A stretch of 64,000 nt of DNA, taken from the NCBI RefSeq assembly GCF_964204865.1, contig NC_135262.1, forward strand, positions 11,966,001 to 12,030,000, read 5' to 3'. The notes below the pieces were generated by a model that had not been told where the DNA came from, did not search any database, and saw only the letters and a list, made by a program, of their open reading frames with translations. The stretch's first letter is position 1. Every line of letters begins with the position of its first letter. Position numbers and translations under genes: made by a program. Below are positions 1 through 11,798 of this stretch, piece by piece. The DNA is from Styela clava. Its lineage: Eukaryota.

Positions 1-1532
1 TTGGTGTTGGTTGATGACCGCTATAAATACTTATTCAACCACGGCGAAGTCCCAATTTGGTCGCCATGCAGAGACATAGGGATTTCAGTGCAGAAATCTC
101 CCATTGAAAGCGCATTACAAGAGTGTACTATTTTGAAACGGAGCCATGAATTAGCAATAATTATTAGGAACAGAGATCTAAATCTAAAAACAGTGTCATT
201 TTACGTCTAACTCATGCAGTAATTTCAGTATTCAAGTCTATTTTACTTTGCAATCAAACTATCCTGCCATTGGCCCATTACTGACTTTACAACCCAAAAA
301 GCTTAATAATGTTAAAAAAAAACTAACAACAAGCAACTACTGAAGCTAGGATTAACTTTGCAGGTTCAAATTAACAAATAGTCTACTGGCTTAAAGGTAA
401 AATGGGGTTTAATTTTACCAATCAAATTTCTGAAACCAATTACCAATGGCTACAGGCCGACCCAGATTTTTTTGATGGCTGAATTTAATAATAACTGAGT
501 AATTAAATACTAAAATCCAAATACATACTTATATAAACAGTATTCTCAACTGAAAATACTTAATTACTGAAAATATGAAAACCTACAGGCCAGTATATCA
601 AAAAATCACAGTCTGAGCAAACTGAAAATTTTGTACCCCTTGATGCATGATGTGCCAAATTTGTCACATGCCTTACCACCCAAATTTTTCGAAATGCTGA
701 AGAAATAGGTAAAAGCTGCTAAGGTAGGCCTCTTCATTGCTAAATTACCCACTACTACGAATTTTTGCACCTCCCCCATCCCAACTGACACAAGATCACA
801 ATCAAACAGGGATAGCCTATCAGCACAGCAACCCAGCGCGAAGGCTGCAACCTTCTCATGAAATTCGGAAAATTTCCTCCGTTTATCACGCAATAGAGAA
901 AATGCGTCGTGGACGCATAGTAACCAAGTTACTAAACAGCGTAACCAAGTGGAGCAATATAAAAAACAACACGTGACCAAAATAGAAGGTGTTTTCCCTG
1001 ATTGACCCGCCATGCATTAAAGGGCTAAACATCATGTCATATAGCTAAGGTTAGTTGGAGTCCGGATAAATGATTTGCGTAGTTTCAAATATTGCAATAA
1101 ATAATACCATATTATAAATGCAGAATATTCGATATAACACCCTTAATCTTGAATTATGCTTGTTTCGTTTAGATGCATACTAACTCAAAAATCTTAGAAA
1201 ATAAGAAACTAAAAATAAATTATTGAAAATGATTCCATTGTAAAACTATCAAACGCATTAAAATGAAATCTGTCAATTCATGACAATATTCACTTAAGAA
1301 CGAATCAACAGATCTGAATCTTGTATCTGAAGACATCACAGTCGAAAACCATTAGTTATTAGTTTGATATAATATATATCAGGGGTGGCCAACAAGTCCA
1401 ATCGCCACGTCTCGAGCGGTCGATTGCGTCTGATGTTGAGTTAATTTTCTTGAAATAATAATTGTCTCGAACCAGTTGTTTGTTTTACACCAGGAAGAAT
1501 ACAGTACTTTACATGCACAAAATACAATATAT

Positions 1533-1905
1533 GTATTTTTTTAGTGCAGGTAATTAAAATACAATCACCAATTTATTTATCTTTCAAATCCCATTGTTGT
1601 GATTTGTTATGTTGCCATGACACCCATTTTATGAATGTGCATGAAACTTTCATGTGTTTTTTAATTTTAAATATTTAAACTTAGTGTTGTTAATTAAATT
1701 TTCAATCACCACCTACATGAGTTGGTTAACTCACATTGTTATGATATTGTTTTGTTGCCACGGCACCCATTGTATAAATATGCTTGCAATTGCTGTTCTT
1801 GCTTTAGTTGAAATATGTATGTCTGAGGAAGTTTGACCGTGGTCAGACGAAACGTTACAGAAATATATTTGTGTTAGTGTGCAGCAAGACTATTTATTGA
1901 ATTAC
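1533..1905 (+). mobile_element. Insertion carrying a hammerhead motif; probable Penelope-like (pLTR) remnant
   Basis: Absent from copy 2, which reads ...ACAATATATACATACGG... at ~9558-9574. Contains an internal direct repeat (TTGCCAYGRCACCCATT twice) and a minimal hammerhead core. Family assignment is inferred from the hammerhead type. Confidence 0.55.
1811..1870 (+). ncRNA. Minimal type I hammerhead ribozyme motif (Penelope-like)
   Basis: CUGAGGA (1823-1829), A, stem II GUUUGAC-CGUG-GUCAGAC, GAAA, CG, UU (palindromic ACGU stem III), then ACAGAAAUAU, which pairs 8/10 with the upstream AUAUGUAUGU as stem I. Confidence 0.7.
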
Positions 1906-4368
1906 ACATACGGTATTTGAGTCTGGGCAAGCCCGATAAAGCATATTGTGACGTAACGAATGCACGTTTGACCGCTGCCAGGGTTTAAAAATGGAGTGCC
2001 GAGACTGAAAAACGATCCTACAACAACTTCCGCAGCATGCGAAAGTTATTGTCTCACTCTAACACTCTAAAAGTAGTGTGATAAATTTCATTCGCAATTT
2101 CTAATTCTAAGCAAGCGAAGAATCGCATTCAGAGTACTTCGAATTGTAAATTAGATACTGAAGTTTGAGCAGTAATGTGCATTCATGGTTTGGAAATATT
2201 TATTTTTTGCTATTCAGATACATGAATACATGGTAAGGTTTCTTGAGGAATTTTCAACACTTACGACTAAAAATTAGGCAGGCCATATACTTGAATTGTA
2301 TGATTTGAATAAATTTTAAATAAATGATGAAACATTTACTTCGGGTGACTAGATTGACGGGTACTCGCATCCGAGAACCAAAAACCCGATTTGCAAAAAA
2401 AACATCTTCCTTTTGCCTGGTCGCCTTGCCAAATTTAGCACGGATTAGTTTTGTGTCAAATGTTCATTTGTTCCCGAAACCCTGAATATACTTTCGTATC
2501 AAGTTTCTTGACGCGCAACGATATCTGACTCCGACTGCGCTTTCGAACTAAAGTGCTCTCGGTTGCCTAATCCTAAATGAGTTTCTAGTCTAACAGACAA
2601 GATTAGACCATGCACATGAAAATATGAGACTATTCATTCAAGTATTTGTATACTCGTAATAGATGACACACATTCATCATCTATATTTTGCGAAGTAATT
2701 GCAATTTAAAAAAATAGAATGGGCTATTTTATCGAGGTCAAACTGTAAGCTTAAAAGAGATCTAATAGCGATAATTTGAGAGTTTGAGTTTTGAAAACCA
2801 CATGACAAAAAGTCCATAATTTCATAAATTGGATTATCTGTTAAATGACTTGTTGCTGAAACTTACGAAGTCGTGAGTTAAACTTTAAACATATATAAAT
2901 CAGCGAATTTTCAGTCAAACTTAATTTTTTTTGCATCAGTCGATATTGGAATTTTGTATTCATATCTTAGGGGAATGGTTTCAATTAAATATTTGACCTT
3001 TAATCCCAAAATGGAAAATTTGTAATATTGCATTTGGATTGCAATTTTTAGTATATTCGGATAGATTTCAACATAAGAAAGCTAAAAATGTTATTATCGA
3101 TAAAATTCCAAAAAATTGGATTTTAAATTTATTTTTTTATCGTTTTTTGGCCATAACTTTTGATATATTAAATGAAAACCAATGATGTTAATACCAATCA
3201 ATGGTATTTCAGAGACGCATACCACAATACTTGATGAGATTGAATTCTTAGAAAACGAATTGAGAATTTTGAGGTTCGCAAATGAATGTGGTTAGAAAAC
3301 TAATGATCGCATATCGAAGTTAATATAGGGTTTCATCGATTATCTCAATTTTGTGTGTTGGATGTCGCTTTTTTTGTTGTCAAATATTTTTGACTATAAT
3401 AAGTGTATTACACGTGCTTTACATTAGTTTTAGGCAAAAAAATCTAGAAATTATTGATTCATGATGGTCAGGATTTCGAAATCGCCATAAATATTAAGTT
3501 GTCTTGCGATAATTTATTGTATTAGCAACTAAAAGTATTTATATTAGCAAGTTAAAACTACACGTAGTATTTTGGTACTTCCCACCCTTAAATCGAACCA
3601 TCACCTGAATAATTAACCGTTCTTTAAAATAAAATATATTCTTTCAAATATAGTTGCCATTTCTAAAAAACTTTTACCATTACCAGAAACTTTTTCCAAT
3701 AAATGCAATATTTCGTGTTCTGATGACCGTAAGTTGCATAATTATATAATTAAAACTGGAGAACAAAGGGAATGAGGGTGGAGTTGCCGTACATAAACGT
3801 GTCCTAATTCCTACGTTGCCACAAGTCTCAGCAACCAGTTCTACCGCATTTGTTTAATTAGGAATGCTGTCGCTAAAAGAATAACATGATTTTTTGAATG
3901 TGCCACAAGTCCAGTTTGTTAAAATGGATTTCGGAGCTAATTAGATCTTTTTAATCTGAATTTCAACTGTGCGTTCAATTTTCGATTTCAAGCAATATAT
4001 TTATCTGAGTGGGAGGGGTCCAAATTAGCTCACAGTGTATAGGGCAATGGTTCCCAAACTTTTTGAAAAAATTCCATGACGGACCCCTTGCATTTTTTTT
4101 TTAATTTTAATGATTGTTGCAGCGTTAGATACAGCTCTGTAGTTAGTGAAATTGTGGTGGCTTGAATTAAACTCACTCTCTCTCTCTGTGATAGCACAGG
4201 CCCACAGCTCTGTGACACCACAATGGGGCAGGGCGATCGAAACAGATAGTAAGAATCAGTGTCCCCAGCAGTGATTGCGAAGCAGCAAAAAGCGACAAAT
4301 GTGTATTTGGAAATTTAAGCACTTTATTACTTATGGATTTAAATCGGTAAGTATGTTGATAGGAGGTA

Positions 4369-4641
4369 NNNNNNNNNNNNNNNNNNNNNNNNNNNNNNNN
4401 NNNNNNNNNNNNNNNNNNNNNNNNNNNNNNNNNNNNNNNNNNNNNNNNNNNNNNNNNNNNNNNNNNNNNNNNNNNNNNNNNNNNNNNNNNNNNNNNNNNN
4501 NNNNNNNNNNNNNNNNNNNNNNNNNNNNNNNNNNNNNNNNNNNNNNNNNNNNNNNNNNNNNNNNNNNNNNNNNNNNNNNNNNNNNNNNNNNNNNNNNNNN
4601 NNNNNNNNNNNNNNNNNNNNNNNNNNNNNNNNNNNNNNNNN
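4369..4641. other. Assembly gap (273 N)
   Basis: Run of N. Confidence 1.
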
Positions 4642-4974
4642 GCATGTGCATTCCTCATATCTTGTAACAGAAGCCTATTGATTTTGGGCGAATTATGTCG
4701 TTTAATTATCGAGTTATTAATTAATTAGTGATGGGACACAATGTGTCACTATGGAGTAAAAGCGCTGTTTTGGGGATCCCCTAACTTTCGATCGATAAGT
4801 TTTCGGCCTCTGACCAATATTCTCGTTTTTGTATTATCAAGCTATTAGCGGTCGCCGCGTTTGCGCATTGGTGAAAATAGCCTATAATGACGTTTTCTTG
4901 TAGCGTACTATTCAATAACTACGTGAATTCAAACTGTCTTTAAATTTTAATCTAATTGTGTTCAACTCGCAATT

Positions 4975-5118
4975 GCGTCCACCATAAAAGAACATTACTT
5001 TATACATAATAAGGCGACACCAAAAGACGCCCTTAAGACGCCCCCCCCCCCAAAAAAAAAAAATCAGGCCAAAAATTTTTGTATACAAAAGCGACTTATT
5101 CGCCAGGATATACAGTAT
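4975..5118. mobile_element. One end of a Tc1/pogo-like non-autonomous element
   Basis: Ends ...GCGACTTATTCGCCAGGATATACAG|TA with internal TAAGACGC/TAAGGCG motifs. No partner end identified. Confidence 0.4.
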
Positions 5119-6612
5119 ATTGATGAATCTAAAATTGATCAATGCTAGAATGTACAGAACTGATTGGTTTGAAAATCTTAATATTTAATGCCTAAAACAA
5201 AAATTAATCAGGTGTCTACAAAACTAATGATATTTGACATTTAACGAATTTGACAAGTAACGAATGGAACTTTGGCAACTTCATTCACAAGTTGTGGCAA
5301 ACAGTGATTCATAGCCGGTCGTTGAAATAAAACTATTATTATGCAACTTACTAAATATTAGTTGGCAGAACAAAACAACACAATAAAGTTTTTATATATG
5401 ATCCACTGATATGATATATCGGCAAACCCTGAAAAGAAACTCAATTTCTAATAATATCACAAAAAGACTTTATTCTATCGCTCTGGAGAGGATTATCATG
5501 CTCCATATATTCTCATGGCTGCCATAATTAGATAGTGAGATATTTTGCACACTTGAAGTGATATCCCCATCAATTCGAATAATTATGGGAAATTCTTGCC
5601 AAGTACGGTAAGGCGAGCAAGATCCTTATGCACAAACTGAATTCATCCTTTATTTGGATCGATAGCTAAAACCGACTTCTCATCGCTCCTGACTAAGCAG
5701 ATACATACTATATATGACGTAATAGGTCCAGTCTGCAGGTTTGCACACTTATGGTGAAATTTACCATTACAGTATCCCAAGTTCCAGATATGTTTCTGGC
5801 GAATTATTGAAATACAATACGATAGCGAATTTTTATTCCTGTCAATCCTCAAATTCTTGTTAAAAGATAACAGGGTTTAAGAGGAGAAATCAAGATATAT
5901 TATATTTGTAGCCCCAACTTAACAAAAATAACTGCTGGATAGATAGCTGAGCCTAGAAACTGTCGGCAAAAACAAGAATCACACAAAGTTTTAGAATTTT
6001 TTGCTCAAGGGATTCCTAAAGAAAATAAAGCCCAAGGCGTCTATTCAACTAGTGGAACAATTGCTTCAAAATTTTCAGTGGGTAAAAATTGTTGTCGTAG
6101 CTTGAATTCTATTGTTTTTATTTAGTTCAACAAGCTACGAAGGCTCTACGGGATTATTTTTTGTGCGTGGTGACGCTGTCAAAATTAAAAATTGCGCTCC
6201 TGGTGGCCGTTCGCGTTTGCGATCTGGTAGCCAGTCCAAGGTGGTAAGACTACGGTACTTGTAGTCCCATACCCGTACTACTTCATTTTGGACTGCGTGT
6301 CTATATTTTGAGCATATATCTCTTGTTTTATTTGCACTCTAAGAAAAGATGAACGTTGCAGATGCAGTACAAATAAGCGATAATTTAAATGCCTTTGTGG
6401 CGGGTTGAAGCGCGCGTGCTTCGTTTCGGAATTCGTATGATAAAGTTGGGGGTTAGTTAATGATTAATGCAATTTCTGCCGGCGTTCAAATATGCAATAC
6501 ATGTTCAAACACGGTTGTAAATATATTAGGTCAAATAGTTGTAACTTGACTAGCTACTATTTTCTAAGTCGAGATTGCAGTGGACTGTGATAATCAAGCA
6601 AGACGACATAAA

Positions 6613-8485
6613 ATGAAGGTGATATGTGCAGGAATGTCAAAATGTGGAACGAAAAGTATGCATTCTGCTTTAGAAGAACTCGGATTCGAAGTGCATGACT
6701 TCCCAGAAGCATATTACAATTTTGAATCGAAATATCTCAAATTCATTTCCAGAGGATGGACCTCTAGGGAGTTCCAAGTAATGTACAATAATGTCGATGC
6801 TGTGGTGGACGCTCCAACTTATTACTACTGGGAAGAATTGATGGAGGCTTTTCCGGAAGCAAAGGTTGGATATATTTACATTACTTTTGGTAATTCAGCA
6901 TTTCATATACTTGTATGAACTTGTACTCGATGAAGTTGGTTAAAATTAAATGACGTTTTGTTTTTTCTGTTTGCAAAATTAGAAGGCAGGTGAAATTATA
7001 TATAAATAGACCTTCTTTCTGAATATCTTATGATTTCTGACTCCAACAAACAAGTTAAAAGCACAACATCAATGAAATCTAACTAAAAATTTATAATCTC
7101 TCATATGCGACACGTTGCAAACGTTGACAGTTTGGTCCAGCATATGTCAATCTTTGAAAAGGCAAGGCAAAAATGCTCTTGTCTATGACTATAGGTTCCT
7201 TTAAATCACCCATATTGTAACAAGAAGATTAAATTGGGTTCCACAACACTTTCTTGCAAAGATTTCTTCAAACAAGTCAGAAAGATTTGCTAATTTGCCT
7301 ATTCAACAGGTAATTCTAATGACTAGGGACGACGAAGAAATTTGGTTTGAAAGTATTAAAAAACAGCTGCTTTCAGTTAATGGATTGCATAGTTACTACT
7401 ATCAACTTTTTTCGCCAACCTGGAGAAAATTTTGGAAATTTGCAATAAATTGTTGTAAGTAACATTAAATTCTTTTGAAAAACATTTTTCTCAATTTTTC
7501 ATCAAGAAAATTTTTTCTATCGAGGTTTGCCAAGATAAGCAGCTCTATTTTAAATAAGTTTTTTAATGATCATTTCAAAAATGCATTGGTGCAATAAGCT
7601 AAGTTAGATAATCAGAATTTTCCAATTTTCAGTTATCAAATATAAAATGGGGAAAATAATAAACATTTGCTATAATGCAACATATTCACATAAAAAATGA
7701 GATACTACATTTTTAGTTTGCTAAACTAGCTCAAAACATTCCTCATTGCAATAAATTGAATCAACCACGAAAGTTGTATTGCATTTGCGACTTGAACATA
7801 CAATATTCATTTTAATATTTAGGTAACCTTGCTTTTGGACGAGAACAATATAGTTGTATGTACTTTGGAGAGAAAGACCCCCCTAAACTCCCTTACGTGC
7901 TGGCGTATAAAAAGCACATTGCTCATCTAATTCAGGTACGTTGAATTCACAAACGGCTTATGGGGAAAATAGCAACATTTGGATGTTGCAAAATGTTTTA
8001 GTGTTATAGACTATTAATTTACTTTAATTAGATTAGTATCTATTAGATTTGCCTAAATCGCCTTGTAAACTTCTTAGTTGTTGCAGCACGCAAACAACTA
8101 TTAATTAAATGCATTGGATAAAATATCAACTCGAGGTTTCAAATATAAAACAACAAAAAAATATATTCCATGCGGTATTTAGAAAAAAACATACGAACAA
8201 ACTAAAATGACCTAACTTAAAAAAAATGAACCATATTTCATAATTCAGAGATGCCCAAAAGATCGTCTTCTAATTTACAACTGCAAAAGTGGATGGAAAC
8301 CTCTGTGTAAATTTCTTGGAAAGGACGTACCAAGAAAGGATTTTCCCTGGATAAACAAAAACTGTGAATTGGCAAACATGCTTTGGGAAATGCCAATGTT
8401 CAAGAAAGCTAAAAATGAAATGTTAACAAATTCTACTCTGTTGTTTGCTGGTATTATATTCGCTGGATATTACTTTGTAAAATAA
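6613..8485 (+). CDS. ST1: Sulfotransfer_4-like P-loop sulfotransferase, 248 aa, C-terminal hydrophobic tail
   Basis: Exons 6613-6864, 7310-7454, 7823-7935, 8249-8485. All introns GT-AG, phases 0/1/0, open frame. Motifs KVICAGMSKCGTKS...ALEELG, DAVVDAP...WEELMEAFPEAKVIL..RD...W..S, CPKDRLL...GWKPLCKFLG..P...FPWIN. Tail STLLFAGIIFAGYYFVK. Confidence 0.88.
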
Positions 8486-8516
8486 GGTTGGAATTAAATA
8501 AGCTGCATGTGCTATT

Positions 8517-8782
8517 AATACAAGAGAGCTACGCCAAGATATATGGACACGTCTGTTCGCAGTACAGTATGGTTTACCGTACCGTCAGATCACAGTGTAC
8601 AAAAATATTCACACTAAGCGATGCAGTACAGTCGGACACAAAATGGCGTCCGATGCCCGCAAAACGTTCGATGAAAAGCTACTTTCAGATTTTCCACTAG
8701 GTGTCCAAAAAGGTCAAAGAACAAGAACAACAACAACAACATAATATTAAAACGATCGCTATGTACACTACGTGTCCAATAA
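8517..8782 (-). mobile_element. Helentron-associated (HINE/DINE-1-like) non-autonomous element just downstream of the ST1 stop
   Basis: Asymmetric subterminal inverted repeats TGGACACGT/ACGTGTCCA, an (AAC)n microsatellite, a short terminal hairpin remnant, A/T ends and no TSD. Confidence 0.55.
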
Positions 8783-9048
8783 CTTGAAGGTGATTGTAAT
8801 GTATACCTCCGTTGTTAAAACACGCTTTCCTATATTTCTTGAAACATATGACACATAAATAAAACGCAAATAAAACATATTGTTACATTATTTTTCAATA
8901 TATTTCATGCAACACATATTATTCATCAAAGAAAAAAAACATATAAAGTATTTATGAAAATAATAAATTTTTCGTACCGGTATTGCAAACTGTTATTCGC
9001 TTATGTGGAAACTCCAGTAGCGCGATAGAAACGTGTGATCGGGCATGT

Positions 9049-11033
9049 TAAACATCATGCCATATACCTAAGGTTAGGTGGAGTCAGGATAAATGATTTG
9101 CGTAGTTTCAAATATTGCAATAAATAATACCATATTATAAATGCAGAATATTCGATATAACACCCTTAATCTTGAATTATGCTTGTTTCGTTTAGATGCA
9201 TACTAACTCAAAAATCTTAGAAAATAAGAAACTAAAAATAAATTATTGAAAATGATTCCACTTTGCATTGTAAAACTATCAAACGCATTAAAATGAAATC
9301 TGTCAATTCATGACAATATTAACTTAAGAATGAATCGACAGATCTGAATCTTGTATCTGAAGACATCACAGTCGAAAACCATTAGTTATTAGTTTGATAT
9401 ATATAATATATATCAGGGGTGGCCAACAAGTCCAATCGCCACGTCTCAGGCGGTCGATTGCGTCTGATGTTGAGTTAATTTTCTTGAAATAATAATTGTC
9501 TCGAACCAGTTGTTTGTTTTACACCAGGAAGAATACAGTACTTTACATGCACAAAATACAATATATACATACGGTATTTGAGTCTGGGCAAGCCCGATAA
9601 AGCATATTATGACGTAACAAATGCACGTTTGTCCGCTGCCAGGGTTTAAAAATGGAGTGCCGAGACTGAAAAACGATCCTTCCGCAGCATGCGAAAGTTA
9701 TTGTCTCACTCTAACACTCTAAAAGTAGTGTGATAAATTTCATTCGCAATTTCTAATTCTAAGCAAGCGAAGAATCGCATTTAGAGGACTTCGAAATTGT
9801 AAATTAGATACTGAAGTTTGAGCAGTGATGTTCATTCATGGTTTGGGAATACTTATTTTTTGCTATTCAGATACATGAATACTTGGTAAGGTTTCTTGAG
9901 GAATTTTCAACACTTACGACTAAAAATTAGGCAGGCCATATATTTGAATTGTATGATTTGAATAAATTTTAAATAAATGATGAAACATTTACTCCGGGTG
10001 ACTAGATTGACGGGTACTCGCATCCGAGAACCAAAAACCCGATTTGCAAAAAAAAACATCTTCCTTTTGTCTGGTCGCCTTGCCAAATTTAGCACGGATT
10101 AGTTTCGTGTCAAATGTTCATTTGTTCCCGAAACCCTGCAAGTTTCTTGACGCGCAACGATGTCTGACTCCGACTGCGCTTTCGAACTAAAGTGCTCTCG
10201 GTTGCCTAATCCTAAATGAGTTTCAGGTCTAACAGACAATATTAGACCATGCACATGAAAATATGAGACTATTCATTTAAGTATTTTTATACTCGTAATA
10301 TATGACACACATTAAGAAAATAACAAAATGACAGTATCCATACTGAAAAGTATTTATTAGTGTTGCAGTGTATCTGATTTGTTCAGAACTCAAATCTTAT
10401 CGTTTACAAAATTATATTTTGCCAAGTAATTGCAATTTAAAAAAATAGAATAGGATATTTTATTGAGGTGAAAGTGTAACCTGAAAAGAGATCTCACAGC
10501 AATTTTTTGAGAGTTGTTCATAGTGGAGTTTTGAATACCACATAACAAAATGTACATAATTTCATAAATTGGATTATCTGCTAATGTTAAATTTCAATTG
10601 AATATTTGACCTTTCACCCCAAAATCGAAAATTTGTAATATTGCATTTGGATTGCAATTTTTAGTATATTCAAATAGATTTCAACATAAGGAAGCTAAAA
10701 ATGTTATTATCGATAAAAATCGGAAAAATTGGATTATAAATTTGGTTTTTTTTTTTATCGTTTTTTGATATATTTAATGAAAACCAATGATGTTAATACC
10801 AATCAATGGTATTTCAGTGACGCATACAACGATACTTGATGAGATTGAATTCTTAGAAAAGAAATTGAGAAATTTGAGGTTCGCAAATAAATGGGGTTAG
10901 AAAACTAATTATCGCATATCGAAGTTACTATAGGGTTTCATCGATTATCTCAAGTTTGTGCGTTCGATGTCGTTTTTTTGTTTTATTCAAATATATTTGA
11001 CTATAATATGTGTATTACACGTGCTTTACATTA
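9049..11033. repeat. Direct duplication, copy 2 (partner 1026-3426)
   Basis: Colinear near-identity with 1026-3426 apart from indels. Confidence 0.92.
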
Positions 11034-11036
11034 CTT

Positions 11037-11123
11037 TAGGGACATATCGGAATTGCGATTTTGGAAGGGACATAGCCATTTTAGTAGGGACATAGCAAGC
11101 ATATGGGACATAGCCATTTTATA
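11037..11123. repeat. Short GGGACATA(GC) motif cluster, probable DNA-transposon end remnant
   Basis: GGGACATA occurs four times in 90 bp, at the junction between two different duplicated blocks. Confidence 0.45.
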
Positions 11124-11798
11124 ACTACCCCAAATTGAATACCCGGCGTCGAAGACAGACTTGCAACAGCTGCGCAGTATTGTTTTTCATTGGATCGACT
11201 TTTTATTTTTATCACGGTCTCATACATTTCGTTGTAATCCAAACTAATTCTATTTGTTGTGAATTTTTTTTTGTCTTTTAAGACTAATTAGTCACGTCAA
11301 ATGTTTTATAATTTTCGAAAGTTCGGTGCGCGTCTGATTCTGTCACTCGTCAAATGCAAACAAAAATTTTCAACTCAGCTTTTCATAAAGAGTATATTAG
11401 GCTGAAAACAAATTCGAAAATAATTATTGAAATACGAAAGAATTTTAAAACAGCAAGCTAGTCTAAACTCTTTGCTTATTGATTCTTCATAACCCTCGGA
11501 CAAATTGAAAAAATAATAATGTTTGCGTTGACAAGTATATGACAGTTATTTTTGAATTGGCCTATTAATCACAAACCTGAAATGCAAATTTATAAATTTT
11601 TCATCCCGTTCACCACAGAATAGCGAACAAAGAGAGTCAGCAGCTTAAAGTCAATATCAAGTATTTCACAAAGAGGCCTGTCTGGCAATAACAAATTATA
11701 TTTATTGTTTTTACGCTTTTATTGAAATTGCGAGCAATTAGACATCAGACGTATTAATGTTTTGCAATGCATAATATATATCTCACGAAGCACGCTAT

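Larger units (their letters stand above)
1026..3426. repeat. Direct duplication, copy 1 (partner 9049-11033)
   Basis: Near-identical colinear sequence from TAAACATCATG to CACGTGCTTTACATTA in both copies. Copy 1 has an extra segment at ~1533-1905. Confidence 0.92.

Noticed and set aside
606-1013. 135-aa minus-strand ORF
   Set aside because: No recognisable motif, paralog or splice context; probably repeat-derived non-coding DNA.
1327-1350. CTGAAGA...GAAA hammerhead-like string (also at ~9357-9380)
   Set aside because: Stem II can form only by using core nucleotides, and there is no convincing stem I or III.
4173-4667. ORFs containing X runs
   Set aside because: Artefacts of reading through the N gap.
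4642-4830. Possible Helentron-associated element end next to the gap
   Set aside because: The 5' part is lost in the Ns, so the diagnostic subterminal repeats cannot be confirmed.
6613-8485. Recent bacterial or fungal horizontal transfer, or contamination, of the ST genes
   Set aside because: Conserved spliceosomal introns and host-like base composition argue against a recent event. Ancient origin needs a phylogeny that I cannot run.
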